Shown one piece after another: positions 39,041 to 51,344 of a stretch of 64,000 nt of DNA. How positions within the stretch are numbered: the first letter of the stretch is position 1; the number at the start of each line of letters is the position of its first letter. Origin of the DNA: Tubulanus polymorphus. Lineage: Eukaryota > Animalia > Nemertea. The position numbers were made by a program, and so were the translations under genes. The notes beneath the pieces were generated by a model. It did no database searches. It was not told the DNA's origin and saw only the letters and a program-made list of their open reading frames with translations. The DNA is taken from positions 9,633,950 to 9,697,949 of the forward strand of contig NC_134026.1 of assembly GCF_964204645.1 (NCBI RefSeq). The letters are read 5' to 3'.

Positions 39041-39618
39041 TTATAGTATTAATTCTTTAAGACGCCATTTCGTACTATCATTGTACATATACATCATGTA
39101 AATTTATCATTCTTTTCGTTCTAATCAATTAAATCCACTGTCATGGACCTATCAATATATATACATACATCTCCGGTTTTCATTCTTTGGGTTTTGGTCC
39201 GTTTTCCGTGGCATTCCAACCACTCATGAGATTTCAACTTTTCCGGGTGAGGAGAGGCACCCTCCTTCAATGATTTGACCAAGGACTTAGCCATTCATGA
39301 GGATGGAGGTGGTTATCCACCGCTTTTCAAATTCCCTCCAAGAGTCCGTTTGACATCATCGTCAGTTTGACATGTAGCAACGCCGATTTTTCCTGAGGAA
39401 CCACGTGACCGGAAGCGTGCGAACCCGCTTCTCTGATATGACACCTGTGCGGATGCTGTGTGCCCGCGTATAATTCCCTTTTCCCCCATTACGCTACACA
39501 GTAACCAGCTATTTGCAAAGCTGCTGAAATTCGCATGGTTTGATTTCATTTTAGCATTTCTTTCACCAGTTATCGTCTTCAGGGTGGGCAAGAATTATTG
39601 AGATGCCTATCGATTAGT

Positions 39619-39884
39619 CAGGGCCGTCAGAACTTTTTTGTTTAACAAAAATTGAACATTTTTTAATGCTTTTTTCAAAAGCACGCTGTACCGCGTAGCA
39701 GTTCGTCGTTCTCTGTACTAATTAGGTGGTTAGCTCACGACTTCTCATGCTTCTGTGTATGAGACCATGAAATGGCCCAAAACGCATCTCCGGCGATTGA
39801 ATTTTCAAAATTTTTCTGGGGTAGGTTCAAGACCGCCCTTCAGAAATAAGCCTCGCCACTAAAAAATTCCTCCCGACGGCTCTG
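39619..39884. mobile_element. hAT-type MITE
   Basis: TIRs CAGGGCCGTC / GACGGCTCTG; flanking duplication TTAGT. Confidence 0.75.
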
Positions 39885-40213
39885 TTAGTGTTTTACATCT
39901 TAATCTTATGATTTATTGTTTCAGATTTATTGATTCAGATTATGGTACATGTAGTAGACCATTTCCTACCGATGAACCAAGTAACATCAGAGCAGCAATG
40001 CGACAAGAAGCTAAATAACATCAAAAGTCAGAATAGAACTGTAAATTGAAATGTGAAGAATATAGAAAGTAGAACATGATCAAACATGAGAGTATTCTGG
40101 CTTTTTTAAGTTTTTCAAGAAGAATTTTCATGCATGGAAGTGCACTCGGAATTAGATAAAGTGCACTTTCTGAGTTCATTCCATTTCAGGTGCATTTTTC
40201 AAGTGTACTTTGA

Positions 40214-40760
40214 CACGTTCGTTGACCGCGATAAATTGTCATGGTGGGTGTACCACAATTTGCCACGACGAGTTATATCGTCATCCGTTCAATGTCATTT
40301 CATAGCGTTATGAATGACCTGGCAGAGGCGAGAAACCAGCTAAGAATTGTCTGGCAGTATGGGGAGACTAAGATACTATTTATGCGAGTAACTCAAGTCT
40401 GGTGCACACTTGAAATTTTGTCATAAAAATCTTCAGAAAGCAAAGAATTTTAGTTTCTTTCCTGGCCAATATTTAGAGAGCAGTTAACAACTAAAATTAT
40501 TCTATACCATTTTTACAATGAAACTTTTATTCTCTTAGATTTCTATTTAATTTTTCACATCTTTCAATGGCATGGGGACAAGAAAAAATAGTGAATCTCT
40601 TCAGTCTGGCCAGTAATTAGTTATTTAGTCATTGGTTTTTTCACTAAAGTAGATCAGTATATTGATTTATATTGTACAATTAGTGCTGGCAGCATGTAAT
40701 GTCAAAAATTAGCGTTGGCAATGTCGACCAGACCTTAACCGCTAGGTGGCAGCGAACGTG
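40214..40760. mobile_element. piggyBac-type MITE nested in a GTGCAC-repeat element (~40135-40885)
   Basis: TIRs CACGTTCG.TG / CAGCGAACGTG, flanked by TTGA and TTAA. Confidence 0.6.
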
Positions 40761-42808
40761 TTAAGTGTACGGTGCACTTTTATTGAAGTACACTTTGTTT
40801 CAATTCAGTGCACCTAGGAGTACATTTGAGTACACTCAAAAGTGCACTTAAAAAATGCACTTACACACAATTATTTTCATAACGGATTAATGCGCAAGGT
40901 GAAATATAAAAGCATAGTACATTGTAATATTGTAATATAAGAAGTTGCATGAATAAAGGTCCTTGATTGGGGATCTATTATGGTAGCTATATGTCCATCA
41001 GTGTTGTGGTTGTCTTTTCATCAGTATCGGGTTTTGGTGTAAATCTTTTGTGTTGTTAGTAGAGATCTCACCTGTTATCCTTTTGTAAAAGAACTCAAAT
41101 GACAAATGAAAAGAGGGGTCCACGGGGTGGGGTCATTTTTGGGGGTCAAGCGCAAAACGACCCCCTATCAAGTCAGAATACTCACAATTTCGTGTAAAAT
41201 TGTCGATATTCATAAATAAAGACTGTAGATTAATATATCTATCGTTAAAACCTTTATTCTGCTTCTTAGTCTAAATGTTTGAATCTTCACTAAAATCCCA
41301 AAATATGGAATTTACAGGCCGTTTTTGAGGTCAAAATTCTTAGAAAAATATAAATATGAAAAATTACTTCTGGGTTCGGATTCTCGAGTATCGGCAGTGC
41401 CGTGCGTTAAAAACTACGTCTTAACGCGCTGCGATGCGCTTGTGACATGAAAACAAACTTGAAATGCGAGATAGGTCGGGCTGTCGACTACAGTCACCTA
41501 CAGCAAGTTAAGGGTTAATTTGGCCACTAAAGTCAAAATACTTCAAAAAATTGTCAAAGGAACGAACTAGGGGTCCAGGGACACCATGCCCACTTGGGAA
41601 GTGGTTTCCAATGCTCAACAATCTAACAATTTCAATATTCAATGCCCCCTGGTGACCATATGCAAAGACCTTGAAACTCACCACAATCATAGAACAAGTC
41701 ATAAACTACAACTTTGCAATTGATCATGGTAACAAAATATGCCTAGGTACCAATCTAATAAGGAAATACTTCTACTATTCAACGCCCCCTGGTGACCATA
41801 TAGAATAACTAATGTCCTTAAAACTCACCACAATCATAGACAATGTCATGAGCTACAACTTTGCAATCGATTGTGGTAACAAAACATGCTTAGGTATCAA
41901 TATAATGTGGAAAAACTTTTTCCCACCTACGAATGAGTACTGATGATACCAAGATGGCCGCCAATTGCATCATAATTGGCCGATCAAAAATACCTTGCTC
42001 AGGAATAAAACATCCCTTTCCAAAGAATACCCTTCACAAATTGCAATGAGAAATGGCAAACCAGTAGGAAGCTACAGGAAATGTCAATTACAGAAAAATT
42101 GACATTTTTGGGCACTAAAAAGGTCATAGGACGGCCATCTTGAGTCCGATCGACCCAACTTTTCTTATGGTGATAGGTCCTTGGGGGATTCAAATATATA
42201 CAAAAGATCAAGGTAATTGATTTAAGCGTCTTCAAAATTTCCCTCAAATGGCTGCCAGTCGGCCATCTTGATTCTGACAGGGCCAGTTTTTGGGCTGAAG
42301 ATGTGTCTAGGGTAGATACATGTATAAACCAAATATCAAGACATTACATAGAAGCGTCCTCGAAACTTCCCAAAATAACTGGATTCCATCTTCGGACAGA
42401 CGGATGAAAAGTGAAAGCAATAGCCCGCTGGGCCCGCAACGATAGCAAAAGCCCGCTACGATCCATCGTTTAAGCCTTTCATTTCTAACAAGGCCTTTTT
42501 TCAAACATTTTGGAGAATTCCCGACCAATCAATTTATCCTTGATAGACACAACAAAATACATGTACAAGTGATTTAATACCTAATCAATTGTTTTTATTT
42601 GTCAATGGAATTTTTCAATTGATTTTTCTAGCTCTATATAAAATCCGTTTAACATTATGCATACAACTCAACTGAAAAAGAGTATTCTTTTGCTCAGTAA
42701 TACCAACACACATGTAAACTATTACACATTTTAGATATTACACATTAGATGTAGATATAACACTTTCTGAGACCACAGTTTTCATGAAACAGAAAAGGTA
42801 CAACTCGA

Positions 42809-42993
42809 TCAGGTTGGACCAGAGGACAGTTCGTATTCCATATTTTGTGACTGTAACTGTGAGTTGGCTATCTCGGTGAGCGCTGCTTGGATTTGTTCTA
42901 AAAGCAACTCTCCTTTTGTAACAACTTCCTCGAGACGGCACGCAGCTTCTTGATTTTCATACTCCAGATGTCTTAAGCTGGCAACTTGTAATT
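42809..42993 (-). CDS. MED21: Mediator subunit 21, last coding exon
   Basis: Acceptor ccactttcag; (E)LQVASLRHLEYENQEAACRLEEVVTKGELLLEQIQAALTEIANSQL...GPT*; phase matches the donor; AATAAA at ~42595. Confidence 0.93.
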
Positions 42994-45046
42994 CTGAAAG
43001 TGGAAGAAATTGTCCTTACATACGTAATCATGAACAATATTCAAAACTTGGGGTCCAGGGACACCATGCCCACATGGAAAATGGTTTCAAATGCTCAACA
43101 ATCTAACAATTTCAATAGTCAATACCCCATCCAATGATCTTGAATCAATACCCCATCCAATGACCTTGAAACTCACCACAATCATAGAACATGTTAGCAC
43201 GTACAATTTTGTAAATGATTGTGGTAACAAAATATGCCTTGTTACCAATATAATATGGAAATACTAAGTTATTCTACTATTCATGTCCCCCTGGTGGCCA
43301 TATACAAAAACCAATGACCTTGAAACTCACCACAATCAAAGACCATGTCATGAGCTACAACTTTCGGGATCTGGGATCTAATTTTGAAGGGGGAGCAGGA
43401 AGAAGAGGGGAAATTTTGGTAAATAAGGGCACTCTAAGAGCGTCACACCGGATTAGAAAAATGAGAACATTTTTTTAATTTGATGCAATTTGGGCTTTGC
43501 AAATCCTTTATTCTAGACATGTAATAGCCGAAGATAAGAGTCGAAAAGGAAGAGTGGTCAGAAAATTTATCAACTAGGAGATCATGTATTATGTACAATC
43601 AATTGCTAAGAAATTTTATTCTGTTTTATAGAAATCAAGTTCCTATATTCATAGTTATTATTCCACTTTTCTTACTGAGTGCCACATTTCATACTCGGAC
43701 AGTTTAAGTATCACTTCTCATTGCACAAATTATCATGGACAAAATTCCAGGCTTAAACAATTAAACAACAGTCAAGTAAAGCTGTCGAAGGAAATGTGTC
43801 TATTAAGTTTAGTCTAAGTTTAGTTATCTTTTAAACCATTTATGAGTTAGAACCCGGAAATATGAAATTTCAGGGATAAAACGGAGTAGTTTGAAAAATG
43901 TGGAAATAACTGAAACTATCTGACTGAAGGTGCGAAGCCCCTTACGGAGGGTTTGGTGGCCCTCCTCAAAGAAAATTTTGAAATTTCAAGGGATTTGAGC
44001 AGCTGAGGTCCATTTTCCAGCATTGACTAATGACAACATAAGACTGCTGCTATTATATAAAATTGATTTGTTGAAACTCAGGCTGACAGGTGGCTTAAGA
44101 CGATGTTGTATATGAGAGATTTAGAGATAGTAGCACCGGTTTTATAAGATGCTTTTACGGTCTGTTCGTCAAGTGTGCTATGATCTCAACTCACAGCTTG
44201 TCGTCAAAACTATAACCACAAAGGATCTATACAAGAATGATAAAAATAGACATCCAACTACAGATTTCAGCGTTTCCGTGTAAGATTATCATCCCTGAAA
44301 TTTACAAAACAGCTTCCAGTGACCTCGACCTAGTACCTACAGGACCCGAAATCTAATCATCTAGGATAACCCACCCATAGAATTTTGGTAAGTTATCTTA
44401 AACCGTCTATGAGTTTGAGCCCGGAAATGAAATTTACAAGATGGCCATCTGTGACCTTGACCTTGGACCTACAGGACCCAAAATCTAATCCGTTACTAAC
44501 TTACACAAATGTTGAATTTGAGGAAAATCTGTCAAAGGGTTTAAGGGCTAGGGCACGGAAACTAGGGCACGGAAACCACCGCGGACAGAGGAATGGATGG
44601 ATGGACAACGAAGAGAATACAGTAGGCCCTTATATTGTTGGGGGGCATACTGTATTCACGCTTGAAAAACTGGAAGATCCCAATTCCATGCGAGAAGATT
44701 TTTCCTCTATGAGAATTCTAACAACTATCAAATATCAAGATTTTATTCAATTACTGTTGATATATTCTTCAAAAAACATTTTCCATCTACGAATTAGGAG
44801 ATGACAAATGACTGATCGAAAAACCCATCTTAAGGTAGCCCTACAGGTCTCAGAATTCAGGCCAAAATTGACCTTTTTTAGCAAGAAAAGGTCACAAGAC
44901 GACCATCTTAAGTCCGATCTACCCAATTTTCTTATGCTGATGGGCCCTTGGAGGGTACAAATATATATGAAGGATCAATACAATTGATCAAAGTTTCTCC
45001 AAAGTTTCCCTTGAAACCTTCAAAATTGGGTAAAAATGCTGATTAA

Positions 45047-45405
45047 CACGTTGACTGCCATCTACGAGATATCTCGTAGTAGCAGGTGTACCGTAACGTG
45101 TTTCTTTGCGGTTACCATCTCTTCTGCAAATGCGACATGGCTTTGTGGGGTATTGCTTTCTATCTGATGGGGGAACACATGCAAGATAGTGAAATGCTGC
45201 TGGAACATCTGGGTTTAGGGGAGGCGGAACTAATGCAAATGAGTCTCGTAGCTGGCAACTGGTATAAAACGTTTACCCCCACTGCCAACTACGAGATGCA
45301 ATTAAATGCAATAAAAATCAATATATGTGGTTTCCGCCTACTTTTCGTTGATTGGTGAAATTGGCAATGTTGAGAAAAAAAAATTTTTGAGTGGCAGTCG
45401 ACGTG
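45047..45405. mobile_element. piggyBac-type MITE in the MED21 intron
   Basis: TTAA on both sides; TIRs CACGTTGACTGCCA / TGGCAGTCGACGTG. Confidence 0.85.
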
Positions 45406-45541
45406 TTAAAGCGCACAAAAGTGGCTTTGAACCTGAACAGGCCAGTTTTTTGGGCTGGGGATGTGTCTAGGGTAAATACATGTCAACCAATCAAATCAAC
45501 CAAATATCAAGACAATCCCCCCAAAATAATTGCAGTCTTAC

Positions 45542-45794
45542 CAGCGGAAGAGTCTTCACTCGGTAATGAATCAATCAATATATCTATATCTTTAGCCGTT
45601 CGTGCGATTAATTGAGCGAACAAGGGTCCATGGTCTTCAATGTTTGCAGCTGGCTGGGTCGGCTTGTTACCAGTTTTTTCGAATCCGGGAAACTGGCTTG
45701 GAAGAGCTGATAATTGCAACACACCAATTCCATTACATAAATGATCAGCTAATTGATTGACGGCATCTTGAAGTTGAGTCAACCGATCAGCCAT
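45542..45794 (-). CDS. MED21: Mediator subunit 21, first coding exon
   Basis: [27 protein letters not shown]...[23 protein letters not shown]; upstream acceptor tttcag|aATG; phase-1 donor G|GTAAG; spliced CDS is 145 aa. Confidence 0.95.
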
Positions 45795-47559
45795 TCTGAA
45801 ATTGAAATTTGGTGAAAAATGGATGTTTATTAAAAGATTTTGTCCAGTTTTTCTGATCACAAGATTAAGCTTCATCTATTGGCCCACAGCTAATACTGAC
45901 TTGCTCAACTGAGTCACGGTCAAATTATTCCTTTGAAAATACATACTGGTATTTTCCTGGCACTGAAGTAAGCCATTGATTTTGTATTAAGCTGGGATTT
46001 GATTTCTGGCTTAAACCAGATCTGTTGAGAAAAGGCAGTAGGTGGTTAGGTGCATGACAATTCGAAATTGTGAACCATAAAGGAATTTATAGACCAGACA
46101 ATTTGAAGTCATTAACGCCGCTGTCAAGGTTCTCAAATCGTCATTCTTTGCAGCATGAGCATTAGTACGAAACAAAAAAATTAAAGCTATTTCAAAGCGA
46201 TTCACTACTAATAAGATCAGATGATTCAGTGGTGAAAATGGCAACCATTAACCACACTACCTTTTTACCAAACATACATAAATTTTAATCATAACAACTA
46301 AGGATTTTCCTACCCATCTATGGGAAGGGTAACAATCAGAAATTGGTTAATCGGCTATGTACACAGGCAACCCCAAATAAGCTGCAACATCAATTACTTT
46401 AGATTCTGGCTGTAATTATAACGTCAAAATTATAATATTTCAATTCATCTATGAAACCCAATTCTATCTTCAACTAGTTCTAATGCTCCGCAGCATTATC
46501 AATGTTTTATCTTTGATGCGTCTAACCGGAGGTGAGGGGAATGCGAAACTTAAATTGCACCAAATTATTAACAACCATTAACTCAAATGGAAATTCTCAA
46601 GGGTATTCATCGACGACTGGCAATATTCTTACAGATCCGATCTCAAAAGTCAACTCAACATTCATGGTAAAGCAATTTTGAAGAAAACAAGATTTTGCAG
46701 CTGTAAAATATATTTCAAACAATCAAAACTCGAAAGTATCTCAGGCTTCATCGATTAGAGGGGGTCATGATAACTCATTGCACCCCTGCTTCGGTGGGTT
46801 TTACGAACGACAAAAACTGCGATCAGAAAATTCTCCGACATGTGCGAATTTCCCTACTGGAATTGAGTACAATCTTACTGGAGATTGAACAAGTTGTAAA
46901 CAATTTAAGCAAAACAAAATGACATGAATTGTTTGTTTAACTCACTTAATTTACAAACCAATAATTTGTCAGTTTGTTGTTATTTATATGTCTTGAGCAA
47001 AGACCTGTCTGACACTAATTAGTGTAATTAACTGTTTTGCAAAACATTAGTCTGTAGTGAAGAATGTATAAACGTAACATCTTTAATGTAATAGACAGTC
47101 TGTGTCTACTAAAAGGACATTCTACCAACTGGACAATATTCAGCGAGTTGAAAATAAATACGTAAATCTCGTGAATGAAAGCTTGAAGAGTTGCTACTTG
47201 GAGTTCTGATCGGAGTATTCTACCAACATGGTAACCAACACTGAAGCGAGTTTACTGTTATTAAACAATTGCCAGATATCATACAGTTCATCTGATGCCA
47301 ATGAAACAGAACTGTTATAGCAATCACAGTTCCTCCACGGTCGGGTTCTTACAAGTTTACCTCATCTATTCATAAGTTACAATCATGGGCATCCCCAGGA
47401 TTTTTTTTGGGGAGTTCGTTTTTAGGAATAGAGGGGTCTGGGGTCCTCATAGGCACAATGTTGTATGCTCCGTGTTATTATGTCACAACTGAACTGACAA
47501 TAACCATAGAAGCGATAACACTAAAAACCTCATTTCTAATAAAGAGTAAAGACTGTTTA

Positions 47560-47602
47560 TTGACACGAATGTTTTCGGGATCATATCCCCTCATCAGGTG
47601 AA
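47560..47602 (-). ncRNA. Minimal hammerhead-ribozyme-like motif (Penelope type)
   Basis: cac-CTGATGA-gGGGATatgATCCC-GAAA-acat-TC-gtg, followed by aataaa. Confidence 0.55.
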
Positions 47603-47633
47603 ATACAAGTGAATCAAATGATTTAAGTGTAGG

Positions 47634-49472
47634 TTATTGCACGGTGCAATACCCTACAAGCGTTTTGACCCATGCATTTTCATTGATATCACTACACTTT
47701 ACAGCCTTTACAAATCGATTGCACTGCATTTGACAATAGCACAGCGTTTGAGCGATGTCGCGATTTGGATGTGTCTCTGAGAAGGACATATCTGCGAAAA
47801 TAAATACTGGTGTGCCCAGAAACACCCAGCGGACAGCAAACTGGGCAAAAAAGATATGGACTGACTGGAGCAATGAAAGAAACAATGCGAGGCAGATGGG
47901 ACAGCCAATAATACCAGGAATCCAGCAACTAAAATACATAACTGCTGGAAAATTTAATGAGCTGCTCTGCTATTTTGTACTAGACATACGGAAACAGGAT
48001 GGAGATAAATATCCTCCAAAAACGTTGTATTCGATTGTGGCTGGCATTCAACGTTACGTAAGATTTGAATGTGGAAGAGCCGAGTTCAATTTCATTGACA
48101 GTAGTAACAATGACTTCTTTCGATTTCGCCAAGTTCTTGACGCTGAGATGAAGAGTTTAACGGCCGCGATAACTCCTAATAAACGCCAAGCAGAACCTAT
48201 CACCCAAGAACAAGAACGTGTTCTGTGGGAAAAAGGATTATTGGGGATCAGCAGTTCATTGGCCCTTAGTAGAACTGTGTATTTTTATGCTTGCAAAGTC
48301 TTCGGCTTAAGATCACGAGGTGAGCACTTAAACCTGGACGTAGAGCAGTTTAGTTTCGGTGAAGACGACGGCGGCAGATTTATCAGATTCCAGGGCAAGA
48401 ACTCAAAAAATACAAGTGGCGGATTATCTCAACGACACATTGAAATGAAAAATATCAAACAGTATGACATCAGCGACAATTTATACAGCGTGTACAAGAT
48501 TCTCTATTTCTACTTGTCAAAAATACCACCTTTCGGAAGGTTTTATAGAAGGCCATTGGAATCGCTGTTTGAAGGAGATATCCGTTTCTCACTACAGGCC
48601 GTTGGCGTTAATAAGTTGGCAAGTTATATACCAAATATGATGCAAGAAGCTGGTTTTGCTGGTCACTTCACCAGTCATAGTGGCAAGGTTACTACTGCAA
48701 CCCAGTTGTTTCGAGAAGGAATCGACGAGCAGTTAATTATGCAACGAACAGGACACCGGTAGACTGCTGTTAGAGCATATAAGAGAACAAGCAATGAGCA
48801 ACACGCAGAAATCAGCCACTTATTAGACACACCTGCTGACATCAATGAAATACAGACACCGCAGAGAGCATTACTACCTATCCCAGATTACAACAATTTT
48901 TGCCTGTCAGCAGATGAATTTGCTGAAAACGATTTCATATTGTATGGCCCCGCAGATCCGCAAGAAAAACTAACAAAGTTTTTCGACGACAACGGAATAG
49001 ACGACAGTTCCCTCGTGAAATCAGTACAACAGGCTGAAAAACTACTAAATAAGTCTTCATCTCAGTTCGGCTTGTTCGACGAGCGTTACTGTGAAATATC
49101 GGATGCAGATTTGCTGAAGTTCTGCGATGGAAATATCCCGAATTTCGATATCCTAACAGATTTTATGGATGATATTTAAAAGAAATCGAGTTTTCTGAGA
49201 AATTATAAATTTAGTGCTGAGAATGCCTTAAACTATTTATTTGTATTAAAAAATTATTTTGTTTTCAGAGAGAAATATATTTTTTCACTCATTAAGTTTT
49301 TCATTCAACAAACGCGTATTTCGTTATGTTTATATCTCTTGACTGCTGTAAAGTGTGCAAATTGGTTGATATTATTGCACGGCTCTGACTTGTTTTGTGA
49401 ATGGACGTTGTGACGATATCTATTGCGAAGTGACCTGTTTCCTCACAATAGAACTCCCGACTGTGAGATAAC
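47634..49472 (+). mobile_element. Crypton-type tyrosine-recombinase transposon
   Basis: YR ORF flanked by imperfect inverted ends TTATTGCACGGT / ACTGTGAGATAA and by subterminal IR acactttacagc/gctgtaaagtgt. Confidence 0.7.
47755..49179 (+). pseudogene. Crypton tyrosine recombinase (DUF3504/ZMYM-KCTD1-related) with one in-frame stop
   Basis: RKQDGDKYPP, FGLRSRGEH, SKNTSGGL, HSGKVT and TGHR*TAVRAYKR; the frame continues to 49179 after TAG at 48760-48762. Confidence 0.9.
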
Positions 49473-49795
49473 TACAGGTTTATATACAACATAAGTTACA
49501 AAATTACAAGTGCTAAATTCTAAGCTAATTACAAACCAAGTATTTAATTACAAGCTAATTATTTGAATACATTTAGGATAAAGGATGAGCCGGTTTGGAA
49601 TAATAGTTGATTTAAAGAGGGTCGTTGCGCTTTAATAAACAGGGCCTCCCTAATTTTAAGGTCGAGATCAGATGAACCTTTATCTAGAATTTTGAATTTG
49701 GTGTCACTGAATTCCTGATCATAAGTGTGTATTAGGAAATAAATAACAATATTTATATTGGGAAATTAATTAATAAGATTCAATTAAAGAAAAAG

Positions 49796-50180
49796 TGTAA
49801 CGTAGCTACGTATTATTTAAAACGGTGATTGAACCCTATCATCATTGAATAATGGTTGAACCCGTATTAAAATTATATTTATTTGAACTCGATACAACCT
49901 TAGTTTTGGGTTGCCGTAACAAGAATTAGACAAAACCGGGTGGCTGTTGCCATAACAAGAATTAGACAAAATACGCTCGCTGACGTGGCAGTCTGGCGAG
50001 TGGCTAATATAAGGAGGGTCCCCGAAATCTAGGAGGGTCCCCGAAATCTAGGAGAGAGATCAGAGACACCGAGACACCAGAAGACGAAACTGGAGAGAGA
50101 ACAGCCAGAGACGAACATACTCTGAATAATAAAGCACACTGTTCACTGGAGAAGAATCTTCTAGCGTTCATTTCCTATCA
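49796..50180 (+). repeat. 5' LTR
   Basis: TGTAAC...ATCA ends; TATA-like motif at ~50005; AATAAA at ~50128; immediately followed by the PBS. Confidence 0.75.
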
Positions 50181-50181
50181 C

Positions 50182-50199
50182 TGGTGGAGGACCCGGGCA
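50182..50199 (+). promoter_or_regulatory. Primer-binding site (tRNA-Ala-like)
   Basis: TGGTGGAGGACCCGGGCA, complementary to a tRNA-Ala 3' end with mismatches. Confidence 0.7.
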
Positions 50200-50243
50200 C
50201 GTCGCAGGCAAGAAACTAGTGCAACATCAGAGTTAGTTTTCAA

Positions 50244-51344
50244 ATGGAATTTGACAAAATGAATGTGCCAATTTTAACGTTGTCAGGGTCTGTAGAAAAG
50301 AGCGATAATGGTGGACAGACATTAGCACCTGGTCTACCCGATTTGCAGTTGCAGCTAATGCAGCTGCAGATGCAAATTGCATCGCTTGATGCAGACACGT
50401 CTGACAAGCTACCGTTCAAACCAGATGACACATTTTCGGGTAACTCAGACGAAGACGTGAATAGTTTTCATAGGGATTTTGAAGCTAGAGTCAATTTTGG
50501 GGGATGGAAAAAGTAGAAGGCTGTAACAGCTTTTCTGATGTGCTTAAGCGGAAGAGCTAGAAATTATTTGTATGAGTTAAAAGATCAAAGTAAGGACCAA
50601 CAAGGAAATGCCACAGATGTTAATTTAGAACATGTTTTTACGAGTTCGGTGGTAAAGACATGGAATGGGTTTTACAATCGGAATTTTATTCAATTAAAAT
50701 GAAAGAAGGAGAATCATTAGATGCTTACATATCTCCAGTGGTTGGCGTGGCGGCTATGCAAGAAGGGTGATGATATTTTGCAACCCTTTATTCACGGGTT
50801 ACTACCGAATACTAGGGCATTTGTGCTGGGGAAGTGCCCAACTTCATTAGACCAGGCGATAAATTATGCGCGTCTGGCGGTGGAGTTGGATAAACTTGTA
50901 CCAGCACAAGCCCAGGTAAGGTCTATTAATCTCGATTACTCGCGGCAGGTTGCATTGGAACAGGAGGTCAAAGGATTGAACAAAAAATTAACCCAGCTGC
51001 TGTCTCTACGGAGAAGTAATGATGGTGCCGACCAGCGGAGACCAATAAGGTTATCCGATGGTCGTCCCTATTGTGAGAACTGTAAAACAGCTGGCCACAC
51101 TACAGCTAGGTGTAGGCGTAACAAAAATTCCAATACTACCTGTCATAACTGCGGTCGCCAAGGTCATATTTCGCGAAATTGTCGGACGCAAAGACATGAA
51201 TTCTCTCAAAGAAATTCATTCCATAGACCCAAACCTCCGCCTCGACCGCCGCAGCAATATCAGTATCGAGAATATGGTTCCATACCTCTCAATCCACATG
51301 CGCAGCAGCGAGATTATCCAGACCATAGATCTTACATACGTTAA
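50244..51344 (+). pseudogene. gag with two CCHC zinc knuckles
   Basis: CENCKTAGHTTARC and CHNCGRQGHISRNC; stops and frameshifts upstream. Confidence 0.85.

Larger units (their letters stand above)
41520..45510 (-). repeat. Cluster of HINE/Helentron-family repeats around and inside MED21
   Basis: ~41780-42350 is the reverse complement of ~18067-18670; related pieces at 43050-43365, 44845-45040 and 45420-45515; a separate HINE with GGAT microsatellite at ~44300-44650. Confidence 0.75.

Noticed and set aside
45507-45875. MED21 as a truncated processed pseudogene (122-aa ORF)
   Set aside because: Homology ends at a GTAAG donor and an in-phase second exon exists at 42809-42993; the ORF extensions are intronic
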